Assembly (NCBI GenBank): GCA_963707505.1 | Contig: CAVPQB010000006.1 | Span: 608,001 to 672,000, forward strand | Source of the DNA: an uncultured Gemmatimonadales bacterium | GTDB lineage: Bacteria; Gemmatimonadota; Gemmatimonadetes; Gemmatimonadales; Gemmatimonadaceae | DNA length: 64,000 nt | Reading direction: 5' to 3' | Shown: positions 47,538 to 56,342 of the stretch, one piece after another | Numbering within the stretch: position 1 is the stretch's first letter | Layout of the letters: every line of letters starts with the position of its first letter | The notes under the pieces: generated by a model | What the model was told of the DNA's origin: nothing | Databases searched by the model: none | The model's input: the letters and a program-made list of their open reading frames with translations, nothing else | Position numbers and translations under genes: made by a program

Positions 47538-49793
47538 ATGCGATTTTTCAGTCTCCCGCTTCTCGTCTCGCTTGGCGTGCTCGCCGTCCCGCTGGTCGCG
47601 GCGTCTCCGCCTCCATCCGGCGACATCCTCGGCTTCACTCCAGCGTCGTCGCGCGTCCAACGCGACTGGGAGAACAAATTCCGCGCGTTACCCGATCCTG
47701 CGCATATGCGCGCCGACATGAAACTGCTTTCCGCGCGTCCACACCACGTCGGCTCGCCGTACGACAAGCAGAATGCGGAATGGATCCTCAAACAATTCAA
47801 GGATGCCGGATGGGATGCGCACATCGAGACGTTCAACGTGCTTTTCCCGACACCAAAGCAGCGCCTCGTCGAGCTTGTTGCGCCGACACGCTTCACCGCG
47901 AAGCTCCAGGAACCGCCGGTGCCAGGAGACCCGACGTCGTCCCAGACGTCCGAGCAGCTTCCGACCTATAACGCATATTCGATCGACGGTGACGTCACGG
48001 GCCCGCTCGTGTACGTCAACTATGGAATTCCGTCGGACTACGATGAGCTTGCACGACGCGGTGTATCGGTCAAGGGCGCGATAGTCATCGCGCGTTACGG
48101 CCAGTCGTGGAGAGGGATCAAGCCGAAAGTCGCCGCGGAACATGGCGCAATTGGTTGTCTGATCTATTCCGATCCTGGCGATGACGGTTACAACGATGGT
48201 GACGTCTTTCCCAAAGGACCGATGCGTCCGGCCGACGGTGTCCAACGTGGAAGTGTGATGGACATGCCAACGTATCCGGGTGATCCGTTGACTCCGGGTG
48301 TCGGTGCCACGAAGGATGCAAAGCGTCTCGCACTCAAGGACGTGAAGGTATTCACCAAGATCCCCGTGCTCCCCATCTCGTACGGTGATGCGAAGCCATT
48401 ACTCGCGGCCATCGGCGGGGATGTTGCGCCGAGCGGCTGGCGTGGCGCGCTCCCGATCACCTACAAGGTTGGGCCCGGACCTGCGCGAGTCCATCTCGTC
48501 GTCAAGTCCAACTGGGACATCAAGCCGATTTACGACGTGATCGGCCAGTTGCGGGGAAGCTCATCACCCGATGAATGGGTAGTTCGCGGAAACCACCACG
48601 ACGCGTGGGTGAACGGCGCCGACGATCCGATCGCCGGCCAGGTTGCGCTGCTGGAGGAAGTCCGCGCAATGGGGGCGCTCGTCAAGCAGGGTTGGCATCC
48701 CAAGCGAACGATCATCTACGCCGCCTGGGATGGAGAGGAGCCGGGTCTGTTGGGTTCGACCGAGTGGGCTGAAACACACGCAGCGGAACTCGCGGCACAT
48801 GCAGTTGCGTATCTCAACAGCGACACGAACGGACGCGGTTACCTCGGCGCCAGTGGCTCGCACGTGTTGGAGAAGTTCATCAACGGAGTGATGCGCGACA
48901 TAACCGATCCCGAAACCGGCGCAAGCGTTGCAAGCCGGTCTCGCGCACGTTCGCTCCTGCATGCGTCCGCCGCCACGCGCAAGGACATTCGCAACCGCGC
49001 CGACCTTCACATCGGCGCACTTGGCTCCGGCTCCGATTACACTGCGTTCCTGCAGCACGTCGGCGTTCCATCGATGAACCTCGGTTTCGGGGGCGAGGAT
49101 CAGGGTGGTGTGTACCATTCAGTGTATGATGATTTCTACTGGTACACGCACTTCTCCGATACGTCGTTCGTATATGGCAAGGCGCTCGCGCAAACTGCTG
49201 GAACGGCAGTGATGCGTCTCGCTGACGCAGACGTAATCCCATATGATTTCACCGATCTTGCGGAGACTGTCGGTACCTATGTGACCGAGCTCAAGACGCT
49301 TCACAAGAACATGACGTCCGATGCCGTCGAGCATAATCGCGAAGTTGCCGATAGCGGATTCTTTCTTACGACCGACCCGCGTCATCCCATGGCGCTTCCG
49401 AAGGATGAAGCGACGGTTCCACCTCTCGACTTCTCACCGCTCGACAGCGCAACAGCTGCGTTGTCTCGCGCGGCGCAACGGTACCAGACAGCGTTCACAC
49501 AATCAATGGATGGTGCGGCGACCGCGAGCTTCGTCAAGCTCAACACCGACCTGCTTCAGAGCGAGCGCGTGCTGCTATCCGACGCCGGTCTCCCAAACCG
49601 CCCCTGGTTCAAGCATCTCCTCTATGCGCCAGGTTACTACACCGGCTACGGTGTGAAGACGATCCCCGGCGTGCGCGAGGCAATCGAGCAGAAGGAGTGG
49701 CCGCTTGCAACAACCGAGATCGGACGTGTGTCAGCGGCACTCAACGCTGAGGCTGCGCTCGTGGACCGTGCCGCAACGGACCTGGGTCACTGA
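47538..49793 (+). CDS. M28B glutamate carboxypeptidase II-like peptidase (PA and TfR-dimerisation domains)
   Basis: Start at MRFFSLP; YVNYG, RYGQSWRGIK, GNHHDAW, WDGEEPGLLGSTEW, LGSGSDY, YHSVYD, RPWFKHLLYAPG. Confidence 0.92.
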   Translation: MRFFSLPLLVSLGVLAVPLVAASPPPSGDILGFTPASSRVQRDWENKFRALPDPAHMRADMKLLSARPHHVGSPYDKQNAEWILKQFKDAGWDAHIETFNVLFPTPKQRLVELVAPTRFTAKLQEPPVPGDPTSSQTSEQLPTYNAYSIDGDVTGPLVYVNYGIPSDYDELARRGVSVKGAIVIARYGQSWRGIKPKVAAEHGAIGCLIYSDPGDDGYNDGDVFPKGPMRPADGVQRGSVMDMPTYPGDPLTPGVGATKDAKRLALKDVKVFTKIPVLPISYGDAKPLLAAIGGDVAPSGWRGALPITYKVGPGPARVHLVVKSNWDIKPIYDVIGQLRGSSSPDEWVVRGNHHDAWVNGADDPIAGQVALLEEVRAMGALVKQGWHPKRTIIYAAWDGEEPGLLGSTEWAETHAAELAAHAVAYLNSDTNGRGYLGASGSHVLEKFINGVMRDITDPETGASVASRSRARSLLHASAATRKDIRNRADLHIGALGSGSDYTAFLQHVGVPSMNLGFGGEDQGGVYHSVYDDFYWYTHFSDTSFVYGKALAQTAGTAVMRLADADVIPYDFTDLAETVGTYVTELKTLHKNMTSDAVEHNREVADSGFFLTTDPRHPMALPKDEATVPPLDFSPLDSATAALSRAAQRYQTAFTQSMDGAATASFVKLNTDLLQSERVLLSDAGLPNRPWFKHLLYAPGYYTGYGVKTIPGVREAIEQKEWPLATTEIGRVSAALNAEAALVDRAATDLGH

Positions 49794-49829
49794 GTTTGGC
49801 GTTGCCAACATGATGTGTTGTAAACGATA

Positions 49830-49860
49830 AACGGCACGCACCCATCTGGTGCGTGCCGTT
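49830..49860. terminator. Intrinsic terminator-like hairpin between convergent genes
   Basis: AACGGCACGCACC-CATCT-GGTGCGTGCCGTT, 13-bp perfect stem. Confidence 0.7.
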
Positions 49861-49869
49861 GCTATTGAT

Positions 49870-49934
49870 CGTCATTCCCGCGAACGCGGGAATCCATGTT
49901 ATCCGCCGTCATTCCCGCGTTCGCGGGAATGACG
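49870..49934. repeat. Inverted pair of CGTC-tagged REP palindromes (BIME/REPIN-like)
   Basis: CGTCATTCCCGCGAACGCGGGAATCCAT (49870-49897) and CGTCATTCCCGCGTTCGCGGGAATGACG (49907-49934), whose reverse complement has the GAAC loop. Confidence 0.8.
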
Positions 49935-49957
49935 AGTCGATGGCGCAGTGTCCTTGC

Positions 49958-51550
49958 TCAGAGACCCGACGTCTTGTCGATGAAAGCCGCGACATTGGTC
50001 TTGAACTGCGCAAGTGATGGCACATGAACGTAGATCATGTGCCCCGACATGTACTCGGCTTCGGTGATCTGACTGCGCACCTGCTTGGGTACACCAAGAT
50101 GATCCATCGTCCATTCAGCGGCGAAGTAAGGCGTCGCAAGATCGAAGAGACCGCTGTTGAGCATCACGTGCAGCTTGGGATTCGTGCTCAATGTGTTCGC
50201 GAGATCTACAGCGACGTTGGTATGCCCTGGCCATCCGCGTCTGTCGCCATGCGTCCAATCCCACGGATTCACCCTGCCAGAGATCGTGTAGAGCTTGTCG
50301 CGGCCGTAGTTGAGGTCTTCGTGCATGTACTGGTTGAACAGCGACACATACGCCGAGCTGATGTCCGCTGACTGCGGATCGTACTCGGCATTTTCGGCGA
50401 GCAGGTCCCCGGTCTCACCGACAAAACGCGCATCGAGACGACCGACTGTCTGACCGTGCTCGCGTAGCAGCTCCTTCTCGAACTGCCCCGCGTTCACGCG
50501 CAGGTTCGCCTTGTCGATGTACGCGCTGTTGAGTCCCGTGTACTGCTGCAGCCTGGTGATGATCCTCGTGCGATCGGCACTCGAGAGATTGTCGCCGGCC
50601 ATGAGAGCCTGTGCATAGTCAGTCGTTGCGAAGTGCTCGACCTCCTTGAGAAACGAGCGCAGATCGGCCGGTCGATTCGCCAGTGCGTTGTGATACCACG
50701 CAACGGCAGCGTACGATGGCAGATACATGATGTACGGCACATCGTTCCCGGCGTCGAACGTGATTGTCTGGAAGTCCAGGACCGACGACAACAGAATCAC
50801 ACCGTTCAGATCGATGTTGTAGCGATTCTGCAAGACGGCCGACAGCGCCGCGGAGCGCGTGGTGCCATAACTCTCGCCCATCAGATAGCGCGGCGAGTTC
50901 CATCGCCCCGACTCACTCAGGTAACGGCTCACAAATTCGCCGAGAGAGTTGGCGTCCTGATCCACGCCCCAGAAATTCTTCCCCGTCGCCTTGCCGACCG
51001 GCTTGCTGTATCCCGTTCCCACCGGGTCGATGAAAACCAGATCCGCCTTGTCCAGCATGCTGTACTGATTGTCCACCAGATGATACGGTGGCGGCGCTGA
51101 ATGCGCGGTATCGGGGATGTCAACGCGCCTGGGCCCCAGCAACCCCATGTGAACCCACACCGACGACGATCCCGGTCCGCCGTTGTACGCGAACATGATC
51201 GGTCTGCGTGACCGGTCAGTTACGCCACGCTGCGTATACGCTGTGTAATAAATCTCCGCCGTCGGCTCGTCCGTGCTGTCGCGGAGAATTATGGTGCCAA
51301 CCGTGGCGTCGTAATCGATTCGCTTGCCGCCGATCATCGCCGAGTGATGTGTGACGACGTGCACCTCTCTCGCAGGTGCTGGAGCGCGGGGGCCTTGAAG
51401 GATGGTGGTTTCGACCGTCGTGTCGGCGCGACCGCGAATCGTCGTGTCGCGGCTACTGTCCGGGCGTGCTTCCGGGCGTCGCGTGGCACGTTGACCGAAC
51501 GCGCCGGCTGGAATCAAAACTGCCGCGACAAGAAAGGCGGCTCTCTTCAT
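49958..51550 (-). CDS. S10-family serine carboxypeptidase, exported
   Basis: Start at MKRAAFL; NGGPGSSS, FIDPVGTGYS, GESYG, GLFDLATP, SGHMIY. Confidence 0.92.
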   Translation of the reverse strand: MKRAAFLVAAVLIPAGAFGQRATRRPEARPDSSRDTTIRGRADTTVETTILQGPRAPAPAREVHVVTHHSAMIGGKRIDYDATVGTIILRDSTDEPTAEIYYTAYTQRGVTDRSRRPIMFAYNGGPGSSSVWVHMGLLGPRRVDIPDTAHSAPPPYHLVDNQYSMLDKADLVFIDPVGTGYSKPVGKATGKNFWGVDQDANSLGEFVSRYLSESGRWNSPRYLMGESYGTTRSAALSAVLQNRYNIDLNGVILLSSVLDFQTITFDAGNDVPYIMYLPSYAAVAWYHNALANRPADLRSFLKEVEHFATTDYAQALMAGDNLSSADRTRIITRLQQYTGLNSAYIDKANLRVNAGQFEKELLREHGQTVGRLDARFVGETGDLLAENAEYDPQSADISSAYVSLFNQYMHEDLNYGRDKLYTISGRVNPWDWTHGDRRGWPGHTNVAVDLANTLSTNPKLHVMLNSGLFDLATPYFAAEWTMDHLGVPKQVRSQITEAEYMSGHMIYVHVPSLAQFKTNVAAFIDKTSGL

Positions 51551-51713
51551 GTTGGAATCCCGATTTTGGCTGAATTTCATGGTTGTGTCAGATTCGCACG
51601 CAGGCGCGTAACAGAGGCAGATATTACACGCACGACCGCTCTCCGCTAGCCGCCATCTCCCAGCAACCGGAATACCCAGCTCGGCTCATTACCTATATTT
51701 CAGTCCTACGCCC

Positions 51714-52205
51714 ATGAAGACCGCATTCATATATACGGCTACAGTCGCCGCTCTCGTCGCCTGCTCCCAGACGCCACCGGTTGCCGCACAAACACCTGTT
51801 CACTGGGCAATCGCCCCGGTTCATGGTGTGATCGGCAATGGTACGGTATCGAACGTAAGGATCGACGGGACCATTCAGGCTGGCTGGCACATCTACTCTA
51901 TCACCCAGCCGCCTGGCGGACCGTACGCCACACGGATCTCAGTCCCGGATGGTCAGTCGTTCGTCGCCGCTGGCAACCCCAAGGCAATCCTGGCGCCGCA
52001 CGTCGCATTCGACAGCGCCTTCAAGATGAATGTCCAGTTGCACGAAAAAGCGGCAAGTTTCGACGTCCCCGTGCGCTTCACTGGAAAGGTCGCCGCTGGC
52101 GACTCTGTCCACGTCAACGTCAGATACCAGGTCTGCAATGCCTCGCTCTGCCTCCCGCCCCAGACCGCGAAGCTCGTGGCCCCAGTTGTACCAACGGCCA
52201 GATAG
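51714..52205 (+). CDS. Stand-alone DsbD N-terminal (alpha) domain, probable lipoprotein
   Basis: LVAC lipobox; GWHIYS; YQVCNASLCLPP (C-x4-C). Confidence 0.8.
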   Translation: MKTAFIYTATVAALVACSQTPPVAAQTPVHWAIAPVHGVIGNGTVSNVRIDGTIQAGWHIYSITQPPGGPYATRISVPDGQSFVAAGNPKAILAPHVAFDSAFKMNVQLHEKAASFDVPVRFTGKVAAGDSVHVNVRYQVCNASLCLPPQTAKLVAPVVPTAR

Positions 52206-52239
52206 CCGCAGTCGATGATACTGTGCGTGGGATGAATCC

Positions 52240-53610
52240 GTGATCCAGACAGCAGCGGGAATTTCGCCCGCTTTTCTCTGGCTCGCTGCGACCGCAGGTG
52301 CATTGTCGCTGCTCACACCGTGCGTATTCCCCATGGTGCCGATCACGGTGTCGTATTTCCTGCGTCACGCACAAACGAGCCGAGCCCGAGCGTTCACTGC
52401 CGTCGCGATCTTCGGACTTGGCATCATCGTCACGTTCACGGCACTCGGCGTTACCGTCGCAGCGCTCGTTGGTGCTGCAGGGCTGACGCGATTCGCTGCC
52501 AATGCATGGGTGAATCTCGCGATTGCCGCAATCTTCCTCGGTCTCGCGCTCAACCTGCTCGGTTTCTATCAGTTGAACGTCTCGAGCCGAGTGCTGAGCG
52601 GCATCGATTCGGTCACGCGCGGCAGGAAAGAATCCGACGCCACGAGCGCGCTGCTCATGGGTGTGCTCTTCACGCTCACGAGCTTCACGTGCACCGCACC
52701 GTTCATTGGAACGCTGCTGGTCGCTGCATCACAGGGCGAATGGCAACGGCCGATCGTCGGAATGCTGGTTTATGCCGTTGTATTCGCGCTTCCATTCATC
52801 GTCCTCGCGACCGTCCCGCGCTGGATCAACAGTCTGCCCAGCTCCGGCGCCTGGCTGAATCGCATCAAGGTCGTGATGGGCTTCGTCGAGCTCGCCGCCG
52901 TGGCGAAGTTCATATCCAACGCGGATCTGGTCTGGCACTGGAACATCTTCACTCACGATGTCGTGCTCGCGATCTGGGTAGTGCTCGCGCTGATCGCGAC
53001 GTTCTACCTGTTGGGCGCATTTCGTCTGCCGCACGAGCCGCAGCTGGAGCGTACGGAAGCGACCAGAGCATCGCAGCGCGCATTACCGCACATCGGCGCC
53101 TCGCAGGCTGTCCCGGCACTGATTTTTCTTGCGCTCGGTATGTGGCTGGCCACCGGCCTCACGGGCGGTACGCTTGGTACGCTTGAATCGTTCCTCCCTC
53201 CCGTGGGTGGCGCACCGGCCGCGGTCAACGCCGCGGACGTCCCGGCCGAGCTCCACTGGCGGCTCAATGATCTTCCAGCGGCTCTCGCCGTCGCGCGCCA
53301 GCAGAACAGGCGTGTATTCATCGATTTTACCGGATACACGTGCACCAACTGCCGTTGGATGGAATCCAACATGTTCAGTCGGCCCGAGATAAAAGTCGCG
53401 ATGAACCGGTTCGTCCTCGCGCGTCTCTACACCGACGGCGACGGTGACATCTATGACAAGCAGCAGATGATGCAACAGCAGCGCTTCGGAACCATCGCCC
53501 TGCCGCTTTATGCGATAGTCGATCCTGACGGTAAAACAGTCACGACATTCGCCGGGCTTACACGCAGCCCAAATGATTTTCTTTCGTTCCTGTCCGCCGG
53601 GCTGAATTAG
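52240..53610 (+). CDS. dsbD: DsbD/CcdA transmembrane domain plus thioredoxin domain
   Basis: LLTPCVFPMVP, SFTCTAP, GAWLNRIKVVMGF, FIDFTGYTCTNCRWME. Confidence 0.85.
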   Translation: MIQTAAGISPAFLWLAATAGALSLLTPCVFPMVPITVSYFLRHAQTSRARAFTAVAIFGLGIIVTFTALGVTVAALVGAAGLTRFAANAWVNLAIAAIFLGLALNLLGFYQLNVSSRVLSGIDSVTRGRKESDATSALLMGVLFTLTSFTCTAPFIGTLLVAASQGEWQRPIVGMLVYAVVFALPFIVLATVPRWINSLPSSGAWLNRIKVVMGFVELAAVAKFISNADLVWHWNIFTHDVVLAIWVVLALIATFYLLGAFRLPHEPQLERTEATRASQRALPHIGASQAVPALIFLALGMWLATGLTGGTLGTLESFLPPVGGAPAAVNAADVPAELHWRLNDLPAALAVARQQNRRVFIDFTGYTCTNCRWMESNMFSRPEIKVAMNRFVLARLYTDGDGDIYDKQQMMQQQRFGTIALPLYAIVDPDGKTVTTFAGLTRSPNDFLSFLSAGLN

Positions 53611-53809
53611 CTTTTCGTGTCGATTTGTCCGGTACGGATCGTACCATGCTATAAGTCAGATGTTGTATTTCTTGCCAGGCGAAAATTGCCGATTACCAAG
53701 TCATAAGCGGCTCGTCCTAATGGGACGCACGCGACCGCGTGCTGAGAAATTCGGGCGGAATCAGCTGTATGGGATACGTCCCTGTGGCGCACCTTTTGGA
53801 GGCTCGACC

Positions 53810-55444
53810 ATGTTGTCCCATCGCTCGTTGTGCATTGGGCTCCTGCTGTTGCCGGCGCTTCCTGCGTTCGGTCAGAAACCCGCCGCGTCGCATCGTCCTG
53901 CGCAGGCGCGCTCGCAACAAACGTCGGCATCTCTTGCTGCCCCGCAGGTACGTGCAGTCGTGCTTCCGGTCGACGGACTCGAGAGTGATTCGGTGCAGAC
54001 GATCATCTCGCGCGATCTGAATTTCGGCGATCGCGTACAGGTTGTATCCGATCTGACACCTGTCGTACCGTCCACCAAAAAGACGCAGCAGCCAACCGCT
54101 GTGGTCAGGACAGTCGCAACTGCGGCCGGAGTGACCGTATCACTTGTCGATCCGCTGAGCGGTACAGTCAGGCAGCAGCATGACTTTGCGCTCCCGCAGG
54201 TGTCGCGTCGTACGGAACAGGCAATTGCCGATTCGCTGAACCAGGCATTCGACGCGCGCGACCTCATGCGTCGCACACGCATCGTTCGCGCAGAGACAGT
54301 TCGCGATTCGCTCCAGGCCGAGATGGCCAAAAAGGCGCCCAAGCTGCGCAACAAGGAGGCGAAGGCGCAATACGCCGAGCTCGTGACACAGCGCAACAAC
54401 ATGCTCATCGGCGCGCTGGGGGAGCTGGCGACAATCCGTGGCGAGCGTGAGCGTGATGAAGCCGCCCGCGCCGGGGTTCAGCACGATGCCATCGCACGCG
54501 AAGCAGTGATTCGCGATTCGGCGACCGCGGCCCGCCGCTGGGCAATCCACGGTGTTTCTGATGCCGTTGAGGAGTGGATGACCGGACATCGCGGCATCGC
54601 ACAGTCGCGCGTCGCGTACGTATCGAACGGTGTGATTCGTGTCGTCGATTTCGATGGGGCCAACGATCATCCGGTAACGCGTATCGACAAGGATGGAGAC
54701 AAGGCCATGTCGCCCGCGTGGCGCCGGGATGGCACCGCCATCGTTTACAGCGAGATGAGTGATGCAGGCACGCAGATCGCCGTGGTCGATCTCGTCACCG
54801 GAACGACTCGCGCATTGGCTGCAACACCGCGCGGGCTCAACATCACGCCGATCTTCTCCGCTGATGACAAGTCAGTCATCTACGCGAACGGCTCCGATTT
54901 CCACACCAGTCTTGTCTCGGTCCAGCTTGACGCCGCCACGACGGCCAAGCCGCTTCCGGTAAACCGCGCCTTCGACGTGGATGAGCCGATTCTGAGCCCC
55001 GACGGCACGCGCATCGCCTACGTGTCGTCCCGCCCCAAGACCCCGCAGATCTATTCCGCCAATCTTGACGGAACAGACGAGCGTGTCGAAGCACCTGCAC
55101 CTCCAAAGACGCGTGTCTATCACACCAGCCCGGACTGGAGCCCCGACGGACGGATGATCGCGTACCAGCAGCAGAATGGCGATTTCCAGGTCTGGGTGGT
55201 GAACCGGGATAGCCGCAGCGTCCGCCGTCTCACCTCAGTTGGCGAGAACGAGGATCCGTCGTGGGCACCGGACGCGCGCCACATCGCTCTCACGTCCAAC
55301 CGTGGCGGTGCCAAGGCAATCTGGGTTCTGGATATCCAGACCGGTCGATTCCGGCAGCTCACGGCAGCCGGCGACGCTCGTCTGGCGGCCTGGTCTGGCC
55401 CGCTCGGCTCCAGAGCTCCAGCACCCCTGGCGATCGCTCGATAG
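53810..55444 (+). CDS. TolB-like periplasmic beta-propeller (PD40 repeats) with helical insertion
   Basis: Start at MLSHRSL with SD GGAGG; IISRDLNFGDR; HGVSDAVEEWMTGHRGIAQSRVAYV; SPAWRRDG, PILSPDG, SPDWSPDG, NEDPSWAPD. Confidence 0.8.
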   Translation: MLSHRSLCIGLLLLPALPAFGQKPAASHRPAQARSQQTSASLAAPQVRAVVLPVDGLESDSVQTIISRDLNFGDRVQVVSDLTPVVPSTKKTQQPTAVVRTVATAAGVTVSLVDPLSGTVRQQHDFALPQVSRRTEQAIADSLNQAFDARDLMRRTRIVRAETVRDSLQAEMAKKAPKLRNKEAKAQYAELVTQRNNMLIGALGELATIRGERERDEAARAGVQHDAIAREAVIRDSATAARRWAIHGVSDAVEEWMTGHRGIAQSRVAYVSNGVIRVVDFDGANDHPVTRIDKDGDKAMSPAWRRDGTAIVYSEMSDAGTQIAVVDLVTGTTRALAATPRGLNITPIFSADDKSVIYANGSDFHTSLVSVQLDAATTAKPLPVNRAFDVDEPILSPDGTRIAYVSSRPKTPQIYSANLDGTDERVEAPAPPKTRVYHTSPDWSPDGRMIAYQQQNGDFQVWVVNRDSRSVRRLTSVGENEDPSWAPDARHIALTSNRGGAKAIWVLDIQTGRFRQLTAAGDARLAAWSGPLGSRAPAPLAIAR

Positions 55445-55477
55445 TCGGATGTTTATCATGGGCTGAAGCGTTGCACC

Positions 55478-55574
55478 TGTAACGCTACGTTACAACCATT
55501 TCGTTTCGCAAACCGGCGGGTCACACTGTAAGTCGTTGGTATCCAACGATTTAACTTGTGGCCCGCCGGTTGCT
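55478..55574 (+). promoter_or_regulatory. Sigma54 promoter module: enhancer palindrome, IHF-like dyad, -24/-12 box
   Basis: TGTAACG-CTA-CGTTACA (55478-55494); TAAGTCGTTG-N5-CAACGATTTA (55529-55553); TGGCCC-GCCGG-TTGCT (55559-55574). Confidence 0.8.
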
Positions 55575-55620
55575 TTAGGGCTGTGTGCAAGAACCTTCGC
55601 ACATTACTGGAGCCAAGCAC

Positions 55621-56334
55621 ATGTTTCGTACTTCGATCGTTCGCTCTACCATATTCGGTCTGGGCGTCGCGCTCATCGCGACGGGGTGCACACCGGAGAA
55701 CCTTTCCGGACCCCAGGTATCGCTGACCCCACCGAATGCAGCAGTCACGGCACCAGCCGTAGCTGCACCGCGGGCAGGAACGCCTGGAGCCAACGCCAAC
55801 CTGCTTGGCGGAGTCCTCAATCTTACTGGAGCAGTCGTCCAGACAGTCGTTCAAACGGTGAATGACCTGCTTTACCCGGTCGTTCAGCGCCAGCAGGCCC
55901 TGGCTCATCCGATCACGGTCACGCACACGATCGGCACTGCTGGCGGATCGATCTCAATTCCGCAGGCAGGTCTCACCATAACGTTCGCCCGCGGTGCGGT
56001 GCTAAGGTCCACGCCGATCACGGTTACCGCCGACTCTGGCAAGGCGGTTTCATACGAGTTTGGTCCACACGGCACGCAGTTCTACGCGCCGGTAACGATC
56101 GCGCAGGACATGAGCCTGACGACGCTGGCGGACAAGCCCGGCGCCGCTTCCGGCATCCACGGCGGTTACACCGCGAACGGCCTGCAAGACATAATCGGCG
56201 GATTGCTGGCACGTGTCGCCGAGCTCCTCGATGCGACGACAACGGTCATAATCGGCCGCGATGGCAAGGCCCACCTCGGTACTTCCAGCTTCATAATCAA
56301 GCACTTCTCGGGCTACATCCTGATCAGCACCTGA
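55621..56334 (+). CDS. Lipoprotein with ZU5-like beta-sandwich domain ending in an HFS motif
   Basis: SD GGAG; lipobox IATG-C23; IGTAGGSISIPQAGLTITFARGAV..TPITVT..YEFGPHGTQFYAPVTI resembles ZU5 domains; C-terminus IIKHFSGYILIST. Confidence 0.65.
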   Translation: MFRTSIVRSTIFGLGVALIATGCTPENLSGPQVSLTPPNAAVTAPAVAAPRAGTPGANANLLGGVLNLTGAVVQTVVQTVNDLLYPVVQRQQALAHPITVTHTIGTAGGSISIPQAGLTITFARGAVLRSTPITVTADSGKAVSYEFGPHGTQFYAPVTIAQDMSLTTLADKPGAASGIHGGYTANGLQDIIGGLLARVAELLDATTTVIIGRDGKAHLGTSSFIIKHFSGYILIST

Positions 56335-56342
56335 GGCGCGCA

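Noticed and set aside
53675..53770. Possible c-di-GMP-I riboswitch (GGGACGCA) upstream of the TolB-like gene
   Set aside because: Lacks the GGCAAAC start, the GNRA tetraloop and the GCAAAG junction; an Infernal search would settle it.
53785..53799. TGGCGC-N5-TTGG as a sigma54 promoter
   Set aside because: No GC at -12, and it overlaps the ribosome-binding site of the gene.
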